Positions 13,716 through 22,967 of a DNA stretch of 64,000 nt are shown in pieces. The notes under the pieces are model-generated. The model saw only the letters and a program-made list of their open reading frames with translations, had not been told where the DNA came from and did not search any database. Location: assembly GCA_963728205.1 (NCBI GenBank), contig CAVSIV010000002.1, positions 416,001 to 480,000 of the forward strand. The letters run 5' to 3'. Position 1 is the first letter of the stretch, and each line of letters opens with the position of its first letter. This DNA is from an uncultured Chloroflexia bacterium (GTDB lineage: Bacteria > Chloroflexota > Dehalococcoidia > UBA2979). Both the position numbers and the translations under genes were made by a program.

Positions 13716-15098
13716 CTACGTGGGGATCGTCGCGAGCAGCGCGGCGGGGTCGTGGGCGACGCCGCCCTGGACGACGCGCCACGTGTGGCGCACGTCGGCC
13801 ATGTCGCGGAGCGGGTCCCCGTCCACCACCAGCATGTCGCCGAGCTTGCCGGGCTCCAGCGTGCCGATGTCGTCGGCGTGCCGCAGCACCTCGGCCGCGA
13901 CGCGTGTCGCAGCCTGCAGCACGTCGGCGTGCGCGATGCCGGCAGCCGCGAGCAGCTCGAGCTCCGCGAGCAGCGAGAAACCCGGCACGAGCCCCGTGTG
14001 CGAGCCGCAGTCGGTGCTGGGCACGATCCGCACGCCCGCGGCATGGGCGCGGCGCAGGAACGCGAGCTCCTGGTCGCGGGCGCGGCGGCCGGTCTCGCGG
14101 TCGGGCTGCATCGCCGCGGGCCCCGGGCGGCCGGCGCGCTCCGCCTCCTCGCGCAGCTGCTGCATGCGGCGCTGGCGCTCCTCGCGCGCCTCAACCATCG
14201 GTCGCGGCGTGTACGGCAGGCCGGGCTCCGCGGCCGACTCCGTGGTGGCGATGCCGTTCGTCACGAGCACGGTCGTCGGGCTGAGCGCGACGTCGTGCGC
14301 GGAGAGACTCGCGATGAAGCGCTGTACGTGATCGGCGTCGAGGTCGGCGCGCGCCCAGCCCGCGTTCAGCCACGTCCAGTAGTTCGCCATGCCGCCGTTG
14401 CCGCCCTCGCGCGTGTGCCGGTCCTCCGGTCGCGCGATGTCCTGGTAGCAGGTCGCGTGCACGTGCTCGAGGCAGTCGATCCCCGCGTCCACGGCCTCGC
14501 TGGCCCAGGTGCGTCCGAGGTGCCCCGTGACCGGCACCGCGCCGTCCACCGCGCGGATCATCGCCGCGACCAAATCGGGACGCAGCCCGGCGTAGAGCTT
14601 GAGCCCGTCCACGCCGCGCGCGATTAGCGCGCGCACGGCCGCGACGCCTTCCTCGGGTGTGCGCAGCGGCTGCGGGTGCACGATCACGCCGACGCCGGTG
14701 CCGGCGGGAAAGATCGGCGGGTCGCCGTCGAGGAGCGGGCCGTACGTGAACAGCCGCGGCCCGGTGCGCTTGCCGGCGGCGAGCGCGGTGCGCAGGGGCA
14801 GCAGCACGTCGGGCGCGCCGCCGACGTCGCGCACCGTCGTGACACCCGCGCCGAGGAACGCCGGCAGCGAGCTCTCGCCGCCGGACAGCAGCACGTGCAC
14901 GTGCATGTCGATGAGGCCGGGCATCACGAAGCGGCCGCCCGCGTCGAGCCGTGCGATCCGCTCGGGCGCGGGCACGCCGGGGCCGGCCGCGGTGATGCGG
15001 CCGTCCTCGACGACGACGGTTGCGCCCTCCTGCGGCGGGCGGCCGGTCCCGTCCCAGAGCCGCGCGTTGACGACGGCGAGCGATGCGTTCGCGGGCAT
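13716..15098 (-). CDS. Amidohydrolase-family metallo-hydrolase
   Basis: MPGLIDMHVH, GVTTVRDVG and GTLEPGKLGDMLVVDGDPL. Confidence 0.9.
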   Translation of the reverse strand: MPANASLAVVNARLWDGTGRPPQEGATVVVEDGRITAAGPGVPAPERIARLDAGGRFVMPGLIDMHVHVLLSGGESSLPAFLGAGVTTVRDVGGAPDVLLPLRTALAAGKRTGPRLFTYGPLLDGDPPIFPAGTGVGVIVHPQPLRTPEEGVAAVRALIARGVDGLKLYAGLRPDLVAAMIRAVDGAVPVTGHLGRTWASEAVDAGIDCLEHVHATCYQDIARPEDRHTREGGNGGMANYWTWLNAGWARADLDADHVQRFIASLSAHDVALSPTTVLVTNGIATTESAAEPGLPYTPRPMVEAREERQRRMQQLREEAERAGRPGPAAMQPDRETGRRARDQELAFLRRAHAAGVRIVPSTDCGSHTGLVPGFSLLAELELLAAAGIAHADVLQAATRVAAEVLRHADDIGTLEPGKLGDMLVVDGDPLRDMADVRHTWRVVQGGVAHDPAALLATIPT

Positions 15099-15112
15099 CG
15101 GCGACACTCCGG

Positions 15113-15994
15113 CTAGGGCGCCACGGCCTCGCGGTACCACGCGGCGATCGCTTCGCCGATCGCGTGGGGCGAGTCCTCCTGGATGAAGTGAGAGCCCGGC
15201 ACGGTGACCTCGCGCTGGTTCGGCCACGAGCGGCAGAACGCCCGCTGGTCGCCGACGAGGATGGCCCCCGGATCGGCGTCGATGAACAGCTTCGGCACGT
15301 CGCTCTCTGCGAGCCACGCGCCGTAGTCGCGCACGATCTGCGCGACGTCCGCCGGCTCGCCGTCGATCGGGATCTCGCGCGGCCATGCGAGCGTGGGCCG
15401 ACGGCGCTCGCCCGGCTCGCGGTAGGGCTCGCGGTAGACGTCCAGCTCCTCCTCGGTCAGACCGCGCAGCACGGAGTTCGGCAGGATGCGCTCGACGAAG
15501 TAGTTCTGCTCGAGCACCAGCTGCTCGCCGTCGGGGCCGCGCATGCGCTCGAACGCCCGGCGCGGGGGCCACTGCTCCCACGTCACCGGCATCACGATCG
15601 CCTCCATGTAGGCGATGCCGGCAACGCGCTCCGGGTGCCGCCGCGCCCAGTGGAACCCGAGCGCCGAGCCCCAGTCGTGGACGACGAAGATGATGCGATC
15701 GCCGGGCCGGACGGCGTCGAGCCATGCGTCGAGGTACGCGGCATGATCGACGAAGCGGTACGAGCCATGCCCGGCTCTGCCGGAGCGCCCCATGCCGATG
15801 AGGTCCGGGGCGAGGCAACGCCCGAGCGGCTCGAGGTGCGGGATCACGTTGCGCCAGAGGTACGACGACGTCGGATTCCCGTGCAGGAAGACGATCGCCT
15901 CGCCGGTGCCGATGTCGACGTATGACATCTCGCTGTCCAGCACCGGCATGCGGCGACGCGTGAGCAGGTCTTCCGCGGAGATCGTCTCGGCCAT
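15113..15994 (-). CDS. Haloalkane dehalogenase (DhaA/LinB-like alpha/beta hydrolase)
   Basis: FLHGNPTSSYLWRN, VHDWGSALG, WPREIP and HFIQED. Confidence 0.92.
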   Translation of the reverse strand: MAETISAEDLLTRRRMPVLDSEMSYVDIGTGEAIVFLHGNPTSSYLWRNVIPHLEPLGRCLAPDLIGMGRSGRAGHGSYRFVDHAAYLDAWLDAVRPGDRIIFVVHDWGSALGFHWARRHPERVAGIAYMEAIVMPVTWEQWPPRRAFERMRGPDGEQLVLEQNYFVERILPNSVLRGLTEEELDVYREPYREPGERRRPTLAWPREIPIDGEPADVAQIVRDYGAWLAESDVPKLFIDADPGAILVGDQRAFCRSWPNQREVTVPGSHFIQEDSPHAIGEAIAAWYREAVAP

Positions 15995-16129
15995 GTCACC
16001 TCCTGCGACGCGCGCCCGCGCGGCCGGGCAACGCCGCGGAGCATAGCGCAGCGCGGGCGCCGGCCGGCGCGACGGATGACGGTGGCGAGAGGGGGGCGGT
16101 AGGCTCCGATCGCGTCGAGCGCGGAGCCC

Positions 16130-16203
16130 TGCCGGGTGGTGTAACGGTAGCACGGAGGACTTTGGATCCTTGAGTCTGGGTTCGAATCCCAGCCCGGCAT
16201 CCA
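16130..16203 (+). tRNA. tRNA-Gln(TTG)
   Basis: Cloverleaf TGCCGGG...CCCGGCA-T-CCA, anticodon loop CTTTGGA, T-loop GTTCGAATC. Confidence 0.96.
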
Positions 16204-16240
16204 GACACGGCCGCCCGCGTCGCGAACCTCGACTTACGAA

Positions 16241-16265
16241 CAGGGCCGGCACGAGGCCGGCCCTG
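16241..16265. terminator. Hairpin between convergent tRNAs (possible bidirectional terminator or processing signal)
   Basis: CAGGGCCGGC-ACGAG-GCCGGCCCTG is a perfect 10-bp stem with no U tract. Confidence 0.5.
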
Positions 16266-16281
16266 CGCGGTTGGCGTGAGA

Positions 16282-16357
16282 TGGCTCCCCGACGAGGACT
16301 CGAACCTCGAACCTAGCGGTTAACAGCCGCCCGCTCTACCGATTGAGCTATCGGGGA
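16282..16357 (-). tRNA. tRNA-Asn(GTT)
   Basis: Minus strand TCCCCGATAGCTCAATCGGTAGAGC...CTGTTAA...GGTTCGAGTCC...GGGGAGCCA. Confidence 0.96.
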
Positions 16358-16536
16358 ACTGGTCACCATTGTGACCGGGCGGAGCACTCGCGGGCAAGAC
16401 GGGGCGCAACGAGTTCGCCCGCCTTCTCCGATTCGCGGCGTTATGATCCCGCGGGAGGCGCGGCGCCGCGGGCCCGGTGCGCGCCGCGGGCGGACGCGGG
16501 CGAGCGGCCGCGGGGTGGCGGTGCCAGACTGTGACC

Positions 16537-17916
16537 ATGCCCGATCGTTCGCAGCTCGTGCGCGTCGCCATCACCGAGATCCCGGACATTCACCTGCTGC
16601 CCGGCTGGGACCGCCAGTTCCAGGTCGAGCAGCCGATCGACCTCGAGATCCAGCGCGTCAACTCGCGCCAGGCGCACGCGTTGCTGTCGGGCGACCGCGG
16701 CACGCCCTACGACGTCGCGATCGTCGCCGAGGAGCCCACGCTCGCCGAGTACCCGACGGAGGCGTACGAGCGCGTCGTGATCGGCGCCGACACGTTCTCG
16801 CTGGTGATGTGCAGCGACGACGCGCACCCGCGGCTCGCGGCGCTTCGCGCGTGGGGACCGTACGTCCGCTACCCCGAGCTCAAGGACCTGCTCCTGCACC
16901 TCGGCGACCACCGCCTGCTGATGCGCGAGCGCGGCGCGGGGGTGAACGTCTACATCTTCGAGCACCTGCTCGGCGGGCTGGTCGCGGACGGGCGCATCGG
17001 GCCCGACGGGTGCGTGCTGCTCGAAGAGGAGCGCGCGAACGAGGCGCTCGTCGGCGGCGTGTCGGGCGGCGACGACCTCGTCGCGATCGTCCCCAACTCC
17101 GTGCTGTGGGACGTGACGGTCCCGCGCGGTCAGGTCGACGTCGTGCCGATCGTGCACGCGCCGTTCCGCCCGTACTTCATGCTGCGGCGCCGCGAGGGCG
17201 AGCTCGACAGCGCGCACGAGCGCGCGATCGGCGTGCTGTGGGACTACCTGCTCGACTACGTCGGCGCGCGGCGCGAGCGCTCGCAGCTCGGCGCCGACCG
17301 CGTGCCGGTGGCGCGCCGGCCGGAGGCGGTGCTGCTCGGCGTCGACATCGTGAACTTCACGCTGATGCGGCAGGAGCACCAGCGCACGGCGGTGCGGCTG
17401 CTGAACTCGCTGACGCAGCACGTGGTCGCGAGCATCGAGCCGGTGCGCCGCGCGCTGTGGACCGCGATCTCGACCGGCGACGGCCTGATCCTCGTGCTCG
17501 ACGGGGCGCTCGCCGCGACGCCGCTGTTCGACGCGATGATCGGGATCAACCTCGCGCTGCGGCAGCTGTTCGACACGCTGGGGCGCAACCTCGGGCTGGG
17601 CGGCGGCATCGGCGCGCGCATGGCGATGCACTCCGGGCCGGTGCTGACGGTGTACGACCCGGGGGGCGACCTCAACTTCGTGGGCCCCGGCGTGAACGTG
17701 CTGCAGCGGATCCTCGAGTTCGGGAACGCCGGCCAGGTGCTCGCAACGCACGAGGCCCTCGGCGCGCTGACCGGCGCCGACGGGGTCGGCGCGATGGCCG
17801 ACCAGGCGTGGTCCGGCTGGGACAAGCACGGCATCGAGTACCGGGTGCACGCGATCTCGGGCGAGGGCTTTGGCGACCCGACGCGCCCGGCGCGGCTGGA
17901 CCAGCGCTTCCGCTGA
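16537..17916 (+). CDS. Class III nucleotidyl cyclase with an N-terminal LysR-substrate-binding (PBP2)-like domain
   Basis: C-terminal motifs VDIVNFT, STGDG, RMAMHSGPV, GPGVNVLQRI and KHG. The N-terminal ~250 aa follow LTTR effector-domain patterns (DVAIV, DTFSLVM, LLMRERGAG, VAIVP). Confidence 0.8.
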   Translation: MPDRSQLVRVAITEIPDIHLLPGWDRQFQVEQPIDLEIQRVNSRQAHALLSGDRGTPYDVAIVAEEPTLAEYPTEAYERVVIGADTFSLVMCSDDAHPRLAALRAWGPYVRYPELKDLLLHLGDHRLLMRERGAGVNVYIFEHLLGGLVADGRIGPDGCVLLEEERANEALVGGVSGGDDLVAIVPNSVLWDVTVPRGQVDVVPIVHAPFRPYFMLRRREGELDSAHERAIGVLWDYLLDYVGARRERSQLGADRVPVARRPEAVLLGVDIVNFTLMRQEHQRTAVRLLNSLTQHVVASIEPVRRALWTAISTGDGLILVLDGALAATPLFDAMIGINLALRQLFDTLGRNLGLGGGIGARMAMHSGPVLTVYDPGGDLNFVGPGVNVLQRILEFGNAGQVLATHEALGALTGADGVGAMADQAWSGWDKHGIEYRVHAISGEGFGDPTRPARLDQRFR

Positions 17917-17946
17917 CCCGGCCCGCCGCGCTTCCGTGGCGCGCGG

Positions 17947-18756
17947 TCAGAGCGCGATCGTCATCCCGTCGTACGCCGCCTCGGTCGCCGCGAAGCGAGC
18001 GCGCGCCTGCTCGGCGATCTCGTCGATCTCGGCGTCTGCTCGGCGGGGGTCGTGGCTCGTGAGGACGAGGCGCCCGACGCCGGCCGCGATGGCGACCGCC
18101 GTCGCGTGCTCCCACGTGCTGTGGCCCCAGCCGGCGCGCGTCGTCGTGAACTCGCCCGGCGTGTACTGCGCGTCGTGCACGAGCACGCCCGCGCCGGCGG
18201 CGAGCGCCACCAGGCGCGCATCCGCGGCGGCGTCGCCCGGCTCCACGTCGGTGGCGAAGACGAGCGTCGTCGAACCCGCTGCGACGCGGTAGCCGGTGAC
18301 GCCGTCCGGGTGCGAGAGCGCCTCGTGATCGATCGCGAAGGGGCCCACCGCGAGGCGGTCCGGCAGGTCGACGAAGGTCTTGCGCGACGGCGTGTCGTCG
18401 AAGGCGACGGGAAACCAGGGCGGGCGGACGGGCCCGGCGAGCGCGTCGTGCAGCGAGAGCCCGGCGGGCGCGCGTCCGACAAAGGTGAGGTGCGCGCCCG
18501 CGTCGAGCAGTGGCTCGAAGAACGGCAGCCCCTGGATGTGATCCCAGTGGAAGTGGGTGAAGAGGATCGTGAAGTCGGTCCGCCCTGCGGTGTCCACGCT
18601 GAGCAGACCGGAGCCGGCGTCGATCAGCAGCACCGGCGCGCCGGTGCTGCTGATCTCCAGGCACGTCGTGTGGCCGCCGTACCGGGCGCTGGCGGGGCCG
18701 GAGACGGGCGAGGAGCCGCGGGTGCCGTGGATCGTGAGCTGCGCGGGCGTGGCCAC
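17947..18756 (-). CDS. MBL-fold metallo-hydrolase (RNase Z / class II phosphodiesterase-like)
   Basis: GTRGS, IDAGSG, THFHWDHIQG (HxHxDH), HDAQY and GWGHST; GGGAGG RBS before the GTG at 18756. Confidence 0.88.
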   Translation of the reverse strand: MATPAQLTIHGTRGSSPVSGPASARYGGHTTCLEISSTGAPVLLIDAGSGLLSVDTAGRTDFTILFTHFHWDHIQGLPFFEPLLDAGAHLTFVGRAPAGLSLHDALAGPVRPPWFPVAFDDTPSRKTFVDLPDRLAVGPFAIDHEALSHPDGVTGYRVAAGSTTLVFATDVEPGDAAADARLVALAAGAGVLVHDAQYTPGEFTTTRAGWGHSTWEHATAVAIAAGVGRLVLTSHDPRRADAEIDEIAEQARARFAATEAAYDGMTIAL

Positions 18757-18862
18757 GGTCCTCCCGTCGTCGCGCGGTGCGGGCACGCGTGGCCGTTTGA
18801 CGGCCGTTGGCGGCGGTCCCTAGTCTCCGCGCTCAAGCGCTGCTCGGACAAGGAGCTCGATG

Positions 18863-19315
18863 ATGGATGCCGCGCAGAAGGCGACGGCCCTGGCCGCGGT
18901 GCCGCTGTTCTCACAGGTGGGCCGGTCCGATCTCGAGCGCCTCGCGCGCGCGGCGGTCGAGCGGCACTTCGCGGCCGGCTCGACGATCGTCAAGGAGGGC
19001 GAGCGCGGCGTCGCCATGTTCATCATCGTCTCCGGCCAGGCCCAGGCGACGAAGGGCGAGACGAAGCTGGCCGAGTACGGCCCGGGCTCGTTCTTCGGCG
19101 ACCTGGCGCTGTTCGAGAGCTTCCCGCGCAGCGCCACGATCACGGCGACGAGCGACCTCGAGTGTCTCGCACTCACCGAGTGGGACTTCCAGTCGGAGAT
19201 CCGCGCGAACCCGGCCGTGGCGATCCAGCTGCTCAAGGCGATCGCGCGGCGGTTGCGCGACACCTCGGCGGAGCTCGCGGCGGCGCGCGGCGAAGGTCAG
19301 CCTCCGCTGGACTGA
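18863..19315 (+). CDS. Stand-alone cyclic-nucleotide-binding domain protein
   Basis: IVKEGE, FIIVSG, GSFFGDLAL and PRSATITA (phosphate-binding cassette); no HTH. Confidence 0.9.
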   Translation: MDAAQKATALAAVPLFSQVGRSDLERLARAAVERHFAAGSTIVKEGERGVAMFIIVSGQAQATKGETKLAEYGPGSFFGDLALFESFPRSATITATSDLECLALTEWDFQSEIRANPAVAIQLLKAIARRLRDTSAELAAARGEGQPPLD

Positions 19316-19393
19316 GCGCGCCCACACCGGCCGCGCGAAGCGTGGCACGCGCGACACCGCCGCGCTCACACCGAGAACGAGAGGGACGAGCGC

Positions 19394-20011
19394 ATGGCTC
19401 CGCAGACGTACTACATCGAGCCGGTCGAGCCGGTGCTGCGGCGTTTCGTCGAGGACTTCCGCAACGTCGTCGCGCGCGAAGGTGAGGCGCCCGGGCTGCT
19501 CGACGCGCTGCGGGGGCCAACGGAGCGGCTGCTGGAGGACCCGACCTGGATCGCCGAGGCGTACCGCAAACCGGTGCCCGGCGCGACGGCCACCTGGGCC
19601 GTCTACCGGTCGCAGGACCCGGACCTCTGCATCTTCACGATGGTCGTGCCGCCGGGCGAGATGACGAAGGTGCACAACCACCTCACGAGCGGCTGGGTCG
19701 GCCTCGTGCAGGGCGGGCAGGTTGAGCGGATGTTCCGCCGCACCGATGACCGCTCACGGCCCGGCTACGCCGCGCTCGACCTCGTGTCCGAGACGAGCGT
19801 GGCGCTCGGCGAGCTCACGCCGCTGCAGTACCCGGACCACGACATCCACCAGGTGGTGACGACGTCGCGCGACGCCTCGGTATCACTGCACGTGCTCTGC
19901 AACGACCTGGGCACGGTCGAACGGCAGATGTTCGAACCGGAGGCGCACCGCGTGCAGGACTTCGTCTCCGGGTACACGAACGTGACGGGGCAGTCCGCGA
20001 TCGGTCGCTGA
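19394..20011 (+). CDS. Cysteine-dioxygenase-like cupin
   Basis: VHNH, DIHQV and SLHV motifs. Confidence 0.75.
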   Translation: MAPQTYYIEPVEPVLRRFVEDFRNVVAREGEAPGLLDALRGPTERLLEDPTWIAEAYRKPVPGATATWAVYRSQDPDLCIFTMVVPPGEMTKVHNHLTSGWVGLVQGGQVERMFRRTDDRSRPGYAALDLVSETSVALGELTPLQYPDHDIHQVVTTSRDASVSLHVLCNDLGTVERQMFEPEAHRVQDFVSGYTNVTGQSAIGR

Positions 20012-20034
20012 GCGCAGCGCGGCGCGGGGAGGAG

Positions 20035-20394
20035 TCAGTCGTCGGGCAGCGCGTAGAAGCGCCGCACGGCGTCCTCCCAGGCAGTGTCCAGGAACCAGTC
20101 GACGCCGAGGTAGTCGAGCGTGCGCGCCATCATGCGCGGCAGCGTGTCCACGGCCGCGCCGTCGACGGCGTAGGGCGGCTCGCGACCGGGGAAGCACTCG
20201 CGGTGGCCCCACTCCCACGTGACGAGCGCCGGCGACGGCTCCGCGCCGGCCGCCACGGCGGCGCGGCGCCCGTCGACCAGGGCGACCGGCACGGAGAGCA
20301 GCCCCTCCGCGGGCGCGGCGAGCGGGCGGTCGCCGCAGGCGTCGCAGGCGCGCCAGCCCGCCATCGGCAGCGTGGTCGGGACGTCGTCGGCCAT
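20035..20394 (-). CDS. Small hypothetical protein with CxxC...HxxC
   Basis: RACDACG and WGHREC; coding-like codon usage. Confidence 0.6.
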   Translation of the reverse strand: MADDVPTTLPMAGWRACDACGDRPLAAPAEGLLSVPVALVDGRRAAVAAGAEPSPALVTWEWGHRECFPGREPPYAVDGAAVDTLPRMMARTLDYLGVDWFLDTAWEDAVRRFYALPDD

Positions 20395-20442
20395 CGGGCC
20401 ATCCGTTCGGGTCGCGCGAACGTGGGTGACCCACGCGGCGGG

Positions 20443-22209
20443 TCAGTCTTCGTTGAGCAGGACCTCGCGGGTGAGCGGCAGCCGGACGACGAACTCCGCG
20501 CCGCCGCCGACGGGCTCGCGGAGGATGAGGTCGGCATGGAGTCGCGCGGCGATCAGCTGCGAGAGGTAGAGCCCGAGCCCCATCCCGCGCACCTTGCGCG
20601 AGGACTCGCCGCGCACGAAGCGGCCGAAGATGCTGGAGCGCAGCTCGGGGGCGACGCCGGGCCCGCGGTCGCGGACCGCGATGGTCGTCCGGCGGTCCTC
20701 GGCCGTCAGCGTGAGCGTGATGTGCGGCGCCGGGCCGCCGTGCTTCGCGGCGTTGTCGAGCAGGTTGCCGACGATCTGGCGAATGCGATCCGGGTCGGTG
20801 AGCGCGATGTGCGGGCCGTCGGGGTAGACGCGATCGACCCGCACGCTGGGGAAGCGGCGCAGCATCGCCTGCACCTCCTCGTCGAGCAGGTGGCGCAGCT
20901 CGACGGGCTCCGGCGCCAGCTCGACGCGGCCGGACTCGAGGTCCGCGAGGTTCAGCAGCGTGTCGAGCGTCGTGCGCATGCGCCGCGCCTCGGCGGCGAG
21001 CGTTTCGATGTCCGCCCGCGTCTGCTCGTCGAACTGGTCGGCACGGCGGGAGAGCCGGTAGGAGTACCCGAGCACGCTCGTGAGCGGCGTGCGCAACTCG
21101 TGCGAGACGGACGAGAGGAACGCCTCGCGCACGTCCGCGGTCTCCTGCGCGAGCCGGTAGTTGCGCGCGTTGTCGACGGCGAATGCGGCGCGCGAGGCGA
21201 GCTCCATACCGAGGGTGATGTCCTCGTGCCCATAGCGGTGCTGCGGGTGGCTCGACACCATCTCGATCACGCCGATCGTGCGGCCGCGCGCGACCATCGG
21301 CAGCAGGAGCGCGGAGCGGATCGCGAGGATCTCGAGCAGCTCGCGGTGCTCGGCGTCGCGGGCCTGCGTCTCGAGCGTGCCGGAGGGGATGGTCGAGTAA
21401 ACCTCCGGCTGGCCGGTGCGGATCACGTTCTGCAGGCCCTGGCGGGTGCCGCGCGCCTCGCCGTAGTCGCGGCGCAGGCGACGCACGCGCTCGACGAGCC
21501 GGGGGTCGCGGTGCGCGATCTCCAGCTCCCGGACGTTGCCGTCGTCGTCGACGAGGTGCACGGCCGCCCAGTCGGCCATGCGCCGCACGAGCAGCTGCGC
21601 GAAGGCGCGCAGGGTCTCCTCGTACTCGAGCGAGTTGCTGAGGAGCGCCGTGGCCTCCGAGAGCAGGTCCTGCGCGCTCGCGTGCTGGCGGAGGTGGATC
21701 GCTGCGCCGAGCACGTTCGCAACCGCCTGCAGGAAGTTGCCGTCATCCTGCGTGAAGGTGCGGCGCTCCCGGGTGTGCGCGCCGACGACGCCGAACGACT
21801 TGCGCGGGCCGCGGATCAACACGCTGATGCCGGAGACGACGTCGTGATCGAGCAGCAGCTGCGCGCTGTGGAAGCGCCGCTCGCTTGCGAGATCCTCCAC
21901 CATCACGGGCTGATCCGAGGCGAGCGCATAGCCGGCCTGCGAGTCCAGCCCGCCCGGGAGGATGGCGGAGCCGACCAGCCCCTCGTGCCAGCCGTAGCCG
22001 GCGCGCAGCAGGAGCTCCTGGCTTCCCGGCAAGCGCTGGAGAATCTTCACGAACTCGACGTCGAGGTGGTTCGCAATCAGGCGCGCCGCGTCGTTGAGGA
22101 ACTCGTCGAGCTCGGGCGTCGTGAGCGCCCGTTCACCGAGCTCGGCCACGAGGGCTTGCTGCCGCAAGCGACGCTCGAGGACGCTGTCGGCGAGGCGGGA
22201 GTCGGCCAT
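20443..22209 (-). CDS. Cytoplasmic GAF-GAF sensor histidine kinase
   Basis: Two GAF-like blocks, SHELRTPLT (H box), NLLDNAAKH, DRGPG and GMGLGL. Confidence 0.93.
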   Translation of the reverse strand: MADSRLADSVLERRLRQQALVAELGERALTTPELDEFLNDAARLIANHLDVEFVKILQRLPGSQELLLRAGYGWHEGLVGSAILPGGLDSQAGYALASDQPVMVEDLASERRFHSAQLLLDHDVVSGISVLIRGPRKSFGVVGAHTRERRTFTQDDGNFLQAVANVLGAAIHLRQHASAQDLLSEATALLSNSLEYEETLRAFAQLLVRRMADWAAVHLVDDDGNVRELEIAHRDPRLVERVRRLRRDYGEARGTRQGLQNVIRTGQPEVYSTIPSGTLETQARDAEHRELLEILAIRSALLLPMVARGRTIGVIEMVSSHPQHRYGHEDITLGMELASRAAFAVDNARNYRLAQETADVREAFLSSVSHELRTPLTSVLGYSYRLSRRADQFDEQTRADIETLAAEARRMRTTLDTLLNLADLESGRVELAPEPVELRHLLDEEVQAMLRRFPSVRVDRVYPDGPHIALTDPDRIRQIVGNLLDNAAKHGGPAPHITLTLTAEDRRTTIAVRDRGPGVAPELRSSIFGRFVRGESSRKVRGMGLGLYLSQLIAARLHADLILREPVGGGAEFVVRLPLTREVLLNED

Positions 22210-22447
22210 CGGGCGTCCTTCCTCAGCGCTGCGACCTTTCGGGAGGATACCCCCTGCGATCACCTTCGCCGATGGCACGAATCGCGAGCATGCGCGCGGA
22301 TGGACCAGCGATGAGGACCCTCATCGCCGTACGGACAGCCATCGGGGCTGAGCCGTGGGACCGCTTCTCGCGCCGGCTGGAGGAGCCGGGGCGCGTGGTG
22401 CGGCGAATCGCGTCCGAGCGCGCCCTCGGGCCGGCCTGAGCGGGCCG

Positions 22448-22798
22448 CTACCAGTACGTCGGCTCGCCGTAGTGACCGTGGATCTCCTGACCCCACGCCC
22501 GATCGGCGAAGTCCGGCACCTCGTCCCGCGCGTAGCCGGGCGCCCGCAGCAGCACGTCGCGCTCGATGTCGAGCAGGAGGGTGTCCCGGTCGTCGCTCAG
22601 CCGGAAGAGCGACCACGGCACGGCGAAGCGCTTCCCAGGCTGTCCGAGCTGCTCGTTGAACGAGAGGATCGCGTACGCGACGCGGCGATGCTCCAGGTCG
22701 AGCACCACGTCCTCGATCCAGCCCAGCGGCTCGCCCGCGATATTCGTGACACGATCGCCCATGAGGTCGCTGGCGGCGATGACGGTCGACTTCGGCAT
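22448..22798 (-). CDS. PRC-barrel domain protein
   Basis: ASDLMGDRVTNIAGEPLGWIEDVVLD...AYAILSF...FAVPW. Confidence 0.88.
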   Translation of the reverse strand: MPKSTVIAASDLMGDRVTNIAGEPLGWIEDVVLDLEHRRVAYAILSFNEQLGQPGKRFAVPWSLFRLSDDRDTLLLDIERDVLLRAPGYARDEVPDFADRAWGQEIHGHYGEPTYW

Positions 22799-22967
22799 GT
22801 GGCGGCGCCTTTCCGTGACCACGCGGCGCTGCAGGGCCGTGCGCGCGCTCTCTTCGCATGATGCCGCGCGACGGCAAGCGCGCGCAGTGGCGGAGGTCCT
22901 CGCCGAGGGTGACCAGCAGGCCGAGCGGACGGCCCGCGCTCGGGATCCGCCGCAGCGGTGGGCTGCC

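Noticed and set aside
16537-19315. Calling the cyclase locus a Pycsar anti-phage system
   Set aside because: The cNMP-binding protein has no TM or TIR effector, the genes are not in one operon, and the cyclase carries a sensory domain.
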